Shown one piece after another: positions 1 through 8,232 of a stretch of 32,000 bases of DNA. The stretch comes from Candidatus Midichloria mitochondrii IricVA (GTDB taxonomy: Bacteria > Pseudomonadota > Alphaproteobacteria > Rickettsiales > Midichloriaceae), in the NCBI RefSeq assembly GCF_000219355.1, contig NC_015722.1, forward strand, positions 240,001-272,000. The letters are read 5' to 3'. Position numbers and translations under genes: made by a program. The notes under the pieces were generated by a model, which saw only the letters and a program-made list of their open reading frames with translations, was not told the DNA's origin and made no database searches. The first letter of the stretch is position 1, and the number at the start of each line of letters is the position of its first letter.

Positions 1-52
<52 letters not shown>

Positions 53-77
53 ATTTAAAAAACTTTAAAGGATAAAT

Positions 78-335
78 TTAATAAGCAGAAATTACTGAAA
101 TGTAAATGCGGTCCCTTGCTCCTCTTTTAAAAGAAACAGAGCCATCAATTAAGGAAAAGATGGTACGGTCTTTTCCCATACCAACATTTTCGCCAGGATG
201 AAACTGTGTACCACGCTGCCTTACTATAATATTGCCAGGTACAACAGACTGTCCACCAAATACCTTTACTCCTAACCTTCTACCGCGAGAATCGCGACCG
301 TTCTTGGAACTACCGCCAGCTTTTTTGGTTGCCAT
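78..335 (-). CDS. rpmA: 50S ribosomal protein L27 (bL27)
   Basis: 85-aa [57 protein letters not shown], the canonical bL27 sequence pattern. It lies directly downstream of rplU, as in most bacteria. Confidence 0.95.
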   Translation of the reverse strand: MATKKAGGSSKNGRDSRGRRLGVKVFGGQSVVPGNIIVRQRGTQFHPGENVGMGKDRTIFSLIDGSVSFKRGARDRIYISVISAY

Positions 336-354
336 CTTTTCCTACCCTATAAAA

Positions 355-654
355 TTAAGAAATTATCTCTTTAACTCGCATAACAGTAATCTGCTGTCTA
401 TGCCCTCTTTTTCTGCGATAGTTATGCCTGCGTTTTTTCTTAAACACAACAACTTTACCGGTCTTTTTATGCTCGAGCACCTCAGCAGTCACTTTAGCAC
501 TGCCTAAATTTTTAGCATCAACTTTCTCGCCTATTAAAATAACTTTTTCTAATTCAACAACACGGCCAATGTCAGCGACCACCTTCTCAGTTTGTATAAC
601 ATCGCCGACCTTTACCCTATATTGTTTTCCACCTGTTTCAACTACAGCAAACAT
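355..654 (-). CDS. rplU: 50S ribosomal protein L21 (bL21)
   Basis: 99-aa ORF MFAVVETGGKQYRVKVGDVI...KKRRHNYRRKRGHRQ, the canonical bL21 N-terminus and basic C-terminus. It sits in the conserved rplU-rpmA pair. Confidence 0.95.
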   Translation of the reverse strand: MFAVVETGGKQYRVKVGDVIQTEKVVADIGRVVELEKVILIGEKVDAKNLGSAKVTAEVLEHKKTGKVVVFKKKRRHNYRRKRGHRQQITVMRVKEIIS

Positions 655-744
655 AAAAAACTCTAAAATACATATTAACCACTAGCAGACTCTGCACTTT
701 TAAAGTCTTGCTGATAAAAAGTCAATAGCAAAATCATAAATCTG

Positions 745-1017
745 CTATCTTCCTTTACCGCCTCCGACAATACCCGGTAATTTAGCATCAGCCGAAATAG
801 GAGTTTGAGGAGGAGGTGGCAACATTGAAACATTTTGCAATGAAAAAGAGCTAGCAAAGCCTTGCATCGCAGAAGATAGCCTATCTATTAAAGCAATGCC
901 TGGGATTAATGGTTTAAATTTTTGCGGAGTGTTTTCTAATCCTTGAAAAATTAGCTTCCCGTTATTTGGCCCCATTCCTCCGATATGTCCAAAATCTTCT
1001 GACATAAGCATATACAA
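745..1017 (-). CDS. hypothetical small Gly/Pro-rich protein (family not recognised)
   Basis: 90-aa ORF co-oriented with rplU-rpmA (alternative Met at MSEDF...). I recognise no motif. It is supported only by ORF length and by filling an otherwise empty 440-bp gap. Confidence 0.3.
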   Translation of the reverse strand: MYMLMSEDFGHIGGMGPNNGKLIFQGLENTPQKFKPLIPGIALIDRLSSAMQGFASSFSLQNVSMLPPPPQTPISADAKLPGIVGGGKGR

Positions 1018-1096
1018 ACAAAAAATACTATATATAAATGATAATATGTATTACAATACTTAGTCAATAAGTGAAGAGTACAAGGGGGGTGTAAAT

Positions 1097-2908
1097 TTGA
1101 GCTTAGAAACTGGAATAAAATTAATAAATCAGACCATAAAGGACATTACTGAAGAAAGTGGTGTTTATAAGATGGTAAACGCCCAAGGGGAGATAATGTA
1201 TGTTGGTAAGGCTAAAAATTTAGTCAGAAGGGTACACCAATATACTCAAATTGAAAGGCTACCTAATAGATTGAGATTGATGGTTTCCCTGCTTACTAAG
1301 ATCGAGGTACTTATCACAAAATCGGAAGAGGAAGCACTTCTTTTAGAAGCTCAGCTCATAAAAGGCTTACGGCCCAAATTCAATATAGCTTTAAAGAGTG
1401 ATAAAAGCTTTCCTTATTTAGTTATTGAGAATGTGCATAAATTTCCACGGATCTTTAAGTATAGGGGAGCTAAGAAAGAAAAAAATTCTTATTTTGGTCC
1501 ATTTTTGGTGGCTGGTGATTTGGAAAATCTCATGTTGAATATCCAAAAAATTTTTAAGTTACGCAGTTGCTCCGATAAATTCTTTTCAAGAAGACAAAGG
1601 CCTTGCCTTCTATACCAAATATCTAGGTGTTCTGCTCCTTGTGTCGACAAAATAAGCGAAGCAGATTATAATAAAAGCCTCAAAAGAGCAAAAAAATTTT
1701 TATCTGGAGATGTGGCAGAACTTCGAAATGAGCTAATAAAAGAAATGGAAATAGCTAGTGAGAATTTACAATTTGAGAAGGCAGCGGAGGTAAGATACAA
1801 AATACAATTGTTTAATCAGCTGCAAACAGAAGAGTTATATAGTGAAAATGCATATGATAATATTGATGTCTTTGCAATATATTCCATGCAGCTTAGGAAT
1901 GCTATACAGGTGTTTAGTATTAGAGAGGGAAAAAACGTTGGTCATGCGAATTTCTTCTTGGACGCAATTGAAGAAGGGGATGAAATAGTAAAGACGTTTT
2001 TGCTAACATATTATGCGAAGAAAGCCCCTCCGTCCGTTATTGCTATAAATTATACAGATAGCAATACTGCGAAAGTTTTGGAGACACTATTTAATATTAA
2101 AATACTGAATGCTGAAAAAGATAAATCTGTTGCTAGAATATATAGTATAGCAAGAAAGAATGCTGAAGTATCATTAATTCAGCATATGAAAAATGATATA
2201 GTGGCAGATGAAATATTGCAGCAATTACAAAATATTTTTGATCTTGATAAACCAATTCAAAGAATAGAAGTCTATGATAATAGCCATATTCAGGGCAAGT
2301 ACGCAGTTGGGTGCAGAGTAGTAAGTGACGGCAAGCAATTTATTAAAGATGAATACCGCATATTTAAAATTAGGCAAGTAGAAGTTGGGGACGATTACTC
2401 TATGATGCATGAGGTGCTAATGCGCAGATTTAAAAAACTTGAGAGTACTAATATACCGGATTTGATACTAATTGATGGCGGCCCTAATCATTTAGCGGTC
2501 GCTTCTTCAGTTTTAAAGGAGCTAAATGTAACCGATATCCGTGCAGTTGCAATTGCTAAGGGACCGAAGCGTAATGCTGGGGAGGAAACTTTTTATTTAG
2601 ATGATGGGCAAGTAATAAATTTTGCTAAAGATGACAAGGTTTTGCATTATTTGCAAAGGTTGCGGGATGAGGCACACAGATTCGCTATTTCAACGCATAG
2701 AAAACTGCGCCAAAAAGAAACTATAACCTCTTTAACCAGTACCATACCAGGTATAGGCAGTAAAAGGCAAAAAATTTTATTAAGCGCGTTTGGTTCTTAT
2801 GAAAAAATTAAGCGAGCTTCGTTAAAAGAATTACAACAACTCCCCAATTTTGGGAAAAACTTTGCTTTGGAGGTTTATAATTATTTACACAGCAAAAAAG
2901 ATGAATAG
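1097..2908 (+). CDS. uvrC: excinuclease ABC subunit C
   Basis: 603-aa ORF with a TTG start preceded by AAGGGGGG. The N-terminal GIY-YIG block is GVYKMVNAQGEIMYVGKAKNLVRRVHQY. A UVR-domain region and a C-terminal helix-hairpin-helix region (IPGIGSKRQKILL) follow. Confidence 0.95.
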   Translation: MSLETGIKLINQTIKDITEESGVYKMVNAQGEIMYVGKAKNLVRRVHQYTQIERLPNRLRLMVSLLTKIEVLITKSEEEALLLEAQLIKGLRPKFNIALKSDKSFPYLVIENVHKFPRIFKYRGAKKEKNSYFGPFLVAGDLENLMLNIQKIFKLRSCSDKFFSRRQRPCLLYQISRCSAPCVDKISEADYNKSLKRAKKFLSGDVAELRNELIKEMEIASENLQFEKAAEVRYKIQLFNQLQTEELYSENAYDNIDVFAIYSMQLRNAIQVFSIREGKNVGHANFFLDAIEEGDEIVKTFLLTYYAKKAPPSVIAINYTDSNTAKVLETLFNIKILNAEKDKSVARIYSIARKNAEVSLIQHMKNDIVADEILQQLQNIFDLDKPIQRIEVYDNSHIQGKYAVGCRVVSDGKQFIKDEYRIFKIRQVEVGDDYSMMHEVLMRRFKKLESTNIPDLILIDGGPNHLAVASSVLKELNVTDIRAVAIAKGPKRNAGEETFYLDDGQVINFAKDDKVLHYLQRLRDEAHRFAISTHRKLRQKETITSLTSTIPGIGSKRQKILLSAFGSYEKIKRASLKELQQLPNFGKNFALEVYNYLHSKKDE

Positions 2909-2949
2909 AATAGGTGGGGTGCTTTTTTTTCTAAACCAGATAAGCGTCT

Positions 2950-3492
2950 ATGTCGCTAAATCAAATTCCTAATATTCTAACCCTAATTAGAATCGCCCTG
3001 ATTCCAATCTTGGTTACATCTTTTTACTTAGAAGGGAACATTGCTAGATATGTGGCAACGGGCATATTTATTTTTGCGAGCATTACAGATTACTTTGATG
3101 GCTTGCTTGCCAGACTTTGGAAAACGGAAACTAGCTTTGGTAGAATGTTGGACCCGATTGCTGACAAGATGCTTGTGATATCGACTTTGGTTATGTTGGT
3201 ACACAAAGATATGGCCCCAATCCTCCCAATACTTGCCATACTTTGGAGGGAAATATTAGTATCAGGATTAAGAGAGTATCTCGGCCAAATTAAAGTGAGT
3301 ATGCCAGTAAGTCGCTTATCAAAAGTAAAAACTGCCATGCAAATGATCTCTATTATCGTTGTTCTTCTTGGTGAGGAAGCAACAGGAATACATTATCTTA
3401 CTCCATTAGGCCATACCTTATTATGGATTACAGCAGCCTTAACTTTATTTACTGGCTATATATACTTTAAAGAAGGGTGGCAGCATTTATAG
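2950..3492 (+). CDS. pgsA: CDP-diacylglycerol--glycerol-3-phosphate 3-phosphatidyltransferase
   Basis: 180-aa polytopic ORF with the CDP-alcohol phosphatidyltransferase motif DYFDGLLARLWKTETSFGRMLDPIADK. The uvrC-pgsA adjacency is widely conserved. Confidence 0.9.
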   Translation: MSLNQIPNILTLIRIALIPILVTSFYLEGNIARYVATGIFIFASITDYFDGLLARLWKTETSFGRMLDPIADKMLVISTLVMLVHKDMAPILPILAILWREILVSGLREYLGQIKVSMPVSRLSKVKTAMQMISIIVVLLGEEATGIHYLTPLGHTLLWITAALTLFTGYIYFKEGWQHL

Positions 3493-3678
3493 CTGAATAA
3501 TTCGACTACTAGTTTGTCTATACTTCATCTCTCTGTCCAAATACTTTAGTATACAGATTATAGTATGCCGTTATTATAAATACTATTTTAAGTTGAAAAC
3601 ACTTTGATTTTATTTATCGCTTATATATTATAAATCTTAAGCTAGATAAGCTCAGCAATAAGTGAACGAGAATTTAAG

Positions 3679-5817
3679 ATGAAAAATAATTCCGCAAACC
3701 TTGAGTTTAGTAAAATTAATAAGGAGACTCTAACCAAAAAGCTATATGAGTTTTTACAACACAAAGACATAGCCTTTGCAATTGGAATATTATGTATAAT
3801 TGGGGTGTTGATATTTCCAGTTTCTACTGGTCTATTGGATTTCTTGTTGAGCGCCTCAATAGCATTTTCTGTATTAATACTGATGACAGTACTATTTATT
3901 GATAAGCCATTAGATCTGAGCTCCTTTCCTAGTATTCTGTTAGTTGTCACAATGCTTAGGCTCTCTCTCAATATTTCAACTACTAGGCTTATTTTATCAA
4001 ACGGTCATAAAGGCACAGATGCTGCAGGCCATGTTGTAGAGGCATTTGGGTATTTTGTTATGCAGGGCTCTGTAGTAATCGGAGCTATAGTTTTTGCTAT
4101 TTTAACCATTATAAATTTCGTTGTGATTACTAAGGGCTCTGGAAGAATTGCTGAAGTTGCAGCACGCTTTAGTTTAGACGCAATGCCTGGCAAGCAAATG
4201 GCAATAGATGCCGACGTTGCAGCAGGTGTCATTAACCAAGAGCAAGCCCAGCAAAAAAGAAAAAATTTAGAAAATGAGAGTACTTTTTTTGGCTCTATGG
4301 ATGGTGCTAATAAATTCGTGAGGGGCGATGCGATAGCTGGTCTATTAATTACTTTTATCAATTTAATTGCTGGCATTATAATAGGTACCTTACAGCAAGA
4401 CATGAGTTTTAACAAAGCATTAAAAACATATACCATATTAACCATAGGAGATGGTTTGGTAACCCAGATCCCCGCTCTTATTGTGTCGATTAGTGCTGGT
4501 CTACTCGTTACTAAATCGGGTGTACATGGGTCAGCTGATAAGGCAATATTCCAACAATTAGGAAGATATCCCCAATCTCTGGCAATTAGTTCAGGATTAT
4601 GCTTTTTTATGGGAATAATGCCAGGACTTCCTCTAGTGCCATTTTTTATAGCTGGATCAATTATGGGAGGTGCTTCTTTTTGGCTTAATAAGGTACAAAA
4701 ACAAAATACTGCTAATTTATTTGATACGCCAACCACTGTCTCTTCTGTTTCAAGAGCTGAAGATAGTGTTTCGCGTGAAGCTTCATCACAGCAGACATCA
4801 GCTCTTCATATGGACATGATTAAACTCGAAATAGGGTATGAATTACTTCCTCTTGTTGAACAATCAAATACTTTAAAAATCACTGATCAGATTAAAGGTT
4901 TACGTAAACAATTAGCTAAAGAAATGGGATTTGTAGTACCATCTGTTAGAGTGCAAGATAACATGCAGATTGATGGTAACATGTATATCTTAAAGATTAA
5001 AGAAATAGAAGTAGGCCGAGGCCATGTACAAAGAGATAAATTACTTATTATGGAGCCAACTGGCGCTCCGATAAAAATTCCTGGAGAAGATACCAAAGAG
5101 CCAGCTTTTGGTTTGGCGGCGCGCTGGATTAATCCATCTTATAGAGAGGACGCTCTGTTTAAAGGATATACCGTGATAGAGTCGTCTACAGTAATAATAA
5201 CTCACATGACTGAGTTATTAAAAGAGAACGTGACGGAGTTGCTAACCTATGCTGAAGTACAGAAATTACTTGATAACTTGCCTGATGGTCATAAAAAACT
5301 TGTTAATGAAATCATTCCAACTCAAATCTCAGTGGTAGTTCTACAGCGTATACTACAGTCTCTTTTAAGTGAGGGTATTTCTATTAGAGATTTGCCAGGG
5401 ATATTAGAAGCTGTATCTGAACTTAGTTCAACTACGACTAATGTTCAAAAGTTAACTGAGCACGTAAGGGTGCGCCTTGCAAAACAGATATGCAACGCTA
5501 ATACTAATGAGAACGGCTATATTCCTATATTGGTTTTATCTACGGATTGGGAACAAGTTATAGCCGAACATATAGTTGGAGAAGGAGATAACAAGCAAAT
5601 AGTATTGCCTCCAAGCAAACTCCATGAATTTGTTGCAGATGTTAATAAAGAATACGAAAAATATGCTTCAATTGGTGAAACTCCAGTAATACTTACTTCA
5701 GCGCTTGTAAGGCCTTTTGTTAGAAAAATTATAGAGAGAGTAAAACCGAGTGCGGTAATTATGTCGCAAAATGAAATTCACTCCAAGGCTAAGATCAAAA
5801 CTCTGGCCCAGATTTGA
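3679..5817 (+). CDS. flhA: flagellar-type type III export gate protein FlhA (FHIPEP family)
   Basis: 712-aa intact ORF with N-terminal TM helices and FHIPEP blocks: RLSLNISTTRLIL, VVIGAIVFAILTIINFVVITKGSGRIAEVAARFSLDAMPGKQMAIDAD, FFGSMDGANKFVRGDAIAGLLI. A large cytoplasmic C-terminal domain follows. Confidence 0.9.
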   Translation: MKNNSANLEFSKINKETLTKKLYEFLQHKDIAFAIGILCIIGVLIFPVSTGLLDFLLSASIAFSVLILMTVLFIDKPLDLSSFPSILLVVTMLRLSLNISTTRLILSNGHKGTDAAGHVVEAFGYFVMQGSVVIGAIVFAILTIINFVVITKGSGRIAEVAARFSLDAMPGKQMAIDADVAAGVINQEQAQQKRKNLENESTFFGSMDGANKFVRGDAIAGLLITFINLIAGIIIGTLQQDMSFNKALKTYTILTIGDGLVTQIPALIVSISAGLLVTKSGVHGSADKAIFQQLGRYPQSLAISSGLCFFMGIMPGLPLVPFFIAGSIMGGASFWLNKVQKQNTANLFDTPTTVSSVSRAEDSVSREASSQQTSALHMDMIKLEIGYELLPLVEQSNTLKITDQIKGLRKQLAKEMGFVVPSVRVQDNMQIDGNMYILKIKEIEVGRGHVQRDKLLIMEPTGAPIKIPGEDTKEPAFGLAARWINPSYREDALFKGYTVIESSTVIITHMTELLKENVTELLTYAEVQKLLDNLPDGHKKLVNEIIPTQISVVVLQRILQSLLSEGISIRDLPGILEAVSELSSTTTNVQKLTEHVRVRLAKQICNANTNENGYIPILVLSTDWEQVIAEHIVGEGDNKQIVLPPSKLHEFVADVNKEYEKYASIGETPVILTSALVRPFVRKIIERVKPSAVIMSQNEIHSKAKIKTLAQI

Positions 5818-5895
5818 GAAAGCTTCCTTGAGATAGGCATTTTTAGTAAGTGTACTTCTTTAACTTGAAGGATTGAACTAAAGCGAGTTTCAACG

Positions 5896-5917
5896 AAAAA
5901 GGCGTGGCCACGCCCTC
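5896..5917 (-). terminator. candidate Rho-independent terminator for minus-strand transcription (nth / FG-GAP remnant unit)
   Basis: On the minus strand, the GC-rich palindrome GGCGTGGCCACGCC (5901-5914) is followed directly by TTTTT (complement of the A-run at 5896-5900). A second 9-bp inverted repeat, TTGCAAGGC (5938-5946) / GCCTTGCAA (5963-5971), lies next to it. Confidence 0.4.
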
Positions 5918-6028
5918 CGCCCCTTGGCGAACGCAGCTTGCAAGGCGAGCCAAAGCAAGCTAGCCTTGCAAACGGCTTCATCTCTTAACATTAAAATCTA
6001 TCGATTTATATATTTAAAAGTCAGTAAA

Positions 6029-6307
6029 TTACCACTCAAAAACTTCCCCACAAATCACATATGCTTGTCCTGCATTATTATTAGTATAAATATTACCAGG
6101 AGCACCGATAATCAGATCATCTTCACCATCAATTTGAGGCTTATAACTATATATCCAGCTCTTCAAGTTAAGGGGAGATATACCTTTCAAGCCTACTAGT
6201 TTTGGCTTAGCAAATCAGTCTAGAGTCAAATTTTTCTTGATCCCACAAGCTGCTACTAAACCAACTACTAATAAGAGTTTTGTAATGGTTTTAAGTTTTA
6301 TTTTCAT
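6029..6307 (-). pseudogene. small lipoprotein-like FG-GAP-repeat gene interrupted by an in-frame TGA (absent from the ORF track)
   Basis: Minus-strand reading from the ATG at 6307 gives MKIKLKTITKLLLVVGLVAAC (lipoprotein-type signal with Cys), then GIKKNLTLD, then TGA at 6215-6217. The same frame continues FAKPKLVGLKGISPLNLKSWIYSYKPQIDGEDDLIIGAPGNIYTNNNAGQAYVICGEVFEW and stops at 6029-6031. DG.DDLIIGAP....AG.AYV..G is an integrin-type FG-GAP repeat. Confidence 0.5.
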
Positions 6308-6923
6308 ATTGGCAAATACCATTGATAATGCATTGAGAACAAAGAGGTTTTTTAGCTTTACATATATATCTTCCATGCAAAACTAGCCAGTGGTGTGCAT
6401 AACTTTTAAAACGATCTGGTATCTTTTTCTCTAATTCCATCTCAGTCGCTAGCACGTTTTTGGTTTGGCAAAGACCAACCCTATTAGAAACCCTAAAAAC
6501 ATGAGTATCTACTCCTATAGTATTTTTTTCGAAGATAGAATTTAAAATTACGTTAGCCGATTTTCTTCCAACCCCTGGCAATGACTGTAAATCTTCTAAA
6601 TTATCTGGAACTACGCTATTAAATTTTTCGATAAGTATTTTGCTTGAAGCAATAATATTTTTGGCTTTGGAATTATAGAGGCCGATCATTCTAATAAAGT
6701 TTTTTAGTGCTTCTTCGCCAAGCTCTACCATCTTTTCTGGGGTATCACTTACTTTAAAGAGCTTTTCGGTAGCTTTATTTACTGTTTTATCTGTTGATTG
6801 GGCTGAAAGAACAACGGCTACCAATAAAGTATACGGAGTAGAGTAGTCTAGCTCTATTAATGGCCTTTCTTTTACTGTCGCAAATCTAGTAAAAATTTCT
6901 TCAATTTGTTTTTGGTTTAGCAC
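6291..6923 (-). CDS. nth: endonuclease III (DNA glycosylase/AP lyase)
   Basis: 210-aa ORF collinear with Nth from the first residue: LLVAVVLSAQSTD, the HhH-GPD region LPGVGRKSANVILN, and the C-terminal 4Fe-4S cluster CKAKKPLCSQCIINGIC. Confidence 0.95.
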   Translation of the reverse strand: MLNQKQIEEIFTRFATVKERPLIELDYSTPYTLLVAVVLSAQSTDKTVNKATEKLFKVSDTPEKMVELGEEALKNFIRMIGLYNSKAKNIIASSKILIEKFNSVVPDNLEDLQSLPGVGRKSANVILNSIFEKNTIGVDTHVFRVSNRVGLCQTKNVLATEMELEKKIPDRFKSYAHHWLVLHGRYICKAKKPLCSQCIINGICQYENKT

Positions 6924-7209
6924 TTGGTTTGTTAATAGGTTTCTTTGTTTTATTCCCTACACTTTTTTGGGGCGCTGGGCTAGGGCCTTTTTTACCAGTT
7001 ATTTTTTCTAACGCAAGCGCATTTTGTGTTGCCATTTTTTTCACTACTTCAAACTCTTCCCTTTTTACAAAGTCCATCCCTGCTATGAACGATTCTATTT
7101 GATATTTAACAAATTTAGTCAATTCATTTTTCATGTTTGCAGTGGTCGCGATAGCTGAATTAGCAAGCTTTGCTATATCTGCAAAAAGGTTATTATTATC
7201 CTTGGACAT
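6901..7209 (-). CDS. UbiK/YqiC (BMFP) family accessory-factor-like protein
   Basis: 102-aa ORF. The central block MDFVKREEFEVVKKMATQNALALEKI matches the LDLVSREEFDV...coiled-coil core of UbiK/YqiC. The C-terminal tail is Lys/Pro-rich. It overlaps the nth start by 23 nt. Confidence 0.6.
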   Translation of the reverse strand: MSKDNNNLFADIAKLANSAIATTANMKNELTKFVKYQIESFIAGMDFVKREEFEVVKKMATQNALALEKITGKKGPSPAPQKSVGNKTKKPINKPSAKPKTN

Positions 7210-7326
7210 GTTATTTTACCTTTAAAAGCTAATGATGATTAAAAATTAAAATACTTTGAGAGTATTTTCAATTTAATATATACATATCTATAATAATTTT
7301 GTGCTATACTCTATCAAATTTTTCTT

Positions 7327-8127
7327 ATGGTTTCTATCGCATTTCCCTCTATAGATCCGGTGATTTTTCATATATATGGCCCAATAGCTTTACGGTGGTA
7401 TGGTCTAGCCTATGCGTTAGGTATTATAATTAGCGCCTGGTATATAAATTACTTAAACAGTAAGTCTTTACGCTTGCCATTGGAAGGTAGCATAGTTGAA
7501 GACATGATTTTTTATGCAGCAGCTGGAATTATTATTGGCGGAAGGCTTGGTTACGTACTTTTCTACAATATTGATTATTATATATTGCAACCTCTTGAGA
7601 TAATTAAAATTTGGCAAGGCGGAATGTCATTTCATGGGGGATTCATTGGGTTGGTGGTAGGTATTTACTTTCTATGTAAAAAATATCAGTTAAACTTTTT
7701 AGCATTAACAGATTTAATTGCATGTGCAGCACCTATTGGACTTTTTTTTGGAAGAATTGCCAATTTTATTAATGGTGAATTGTTTGGTAGAAAAACTGAA
7801 GTTGCTTGGGGAATAGTTTTCCCTACCGATGGAGAAGTGAGACACCCAAGCCAACTTTATGAAGCTTTTCTAGAAGGTTTGCTGTTATTTTTTATAATGT
7901 TTTTGGTAAGGAGGTCCAGCGAAATAAGAAGCAGCGGAATTTTATCTGCTTCGTTTTTAATACTTTACGGAATTTTTAGATCGATTGCTGAATTCTTTAG
8001 AGAACCAGATTATCATATTGGATTTATTGCCAAATATTTTACAACCGGGCAAATATTATGTACTCCATTTATATTAGGAGGAATAGTATTATTAATATAT
8101 CGATCAAAGGAAAAGCTTCTCCCATAA
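7327..8127 (+). CDS. lgt: prolipoprotein diacylglyceryl transferase
   Basis: 266-aa polytopic ORF with Lgt signature blocks: IALRWYGLAYALG, WQGGMSFHGGFIG, GRIANFINGELFGR, HPSQLYEAFLEG. Confidence 0.95.
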   Translation: MVSIAFPSIDPVIFHIYGPIALRWYGLAYALGIIISAWYINYLNSKSLRLPLEGSIVEDMIFYAAAGIIIGGRLGYVLFYNIDYYILQPLEIIKIWQGGMSFHGGFIGLVVGIYFLCKKYQLNFLALTDLIACAAPIGLFFGRIANFINGELFGRKTEVAWGIVFPTDGEVRHPSQLYEAFLEGLLLFFIMFLVRRSSEIRSSGILSASFLILYGIFRSIAEFFREPDYHIGFIAKYFTTGQILCTPFILGGIVLLIYRSKEKLLP

Positions 8128-8232
8128 CCATTATAGAGGCAAAAAATTAATTCTAGTTAGCATTAGATATTGACCATTATGTGTTTTGGTGTATCCTTTT
8201 CTGTGCTGATTATATATTATTAGGTCATTGGA

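Noticed and set aside
4005-4736. 243-aa ORF antisense to flhA, plus other antisense or shadow ORFs in the track (232-507, 675-857, 2225-2410, 3090-3338, 3642-3971, 4887-5096, 10213-10476, 12475-12801, 14754-15005, 16381-16563, 17383-17595, 20322-20504, 26635-26904, 26882-27103, 27874-28104, 28040-28222, 28628-28909, 31025-31312)
   Set aside because: Each lies entirely inside, and opposite to or out of frame with, a strongly supported gene or pseudogene. Their translations are low-complexity with no recognisable motifs, as expected for shadow ORFs.
5778-6199. ORFs 5778-5981 (minus) and 5924-6199 (plus) across the flhA/nth spacer
   Set aside because: They run through the GC-rich palindromes and give implausible peptides. 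The only convincing coding signal in 6029-6307 is the FG-GAP/lipoprotein frame on the minus strand.
6215-6217. Possibility that TGA is read as Trp (alternative genetic code), which would make the small FG-GAP lipoprotein intact
   Set aside because: flhA (5815-5817), the M23 peptidase (9607-9609) and the NlpD-like gene (10519-10521) all terminate at TGA exactly where homologs end. Conserved Trp positions use TGG. The standard bacterial code fits.
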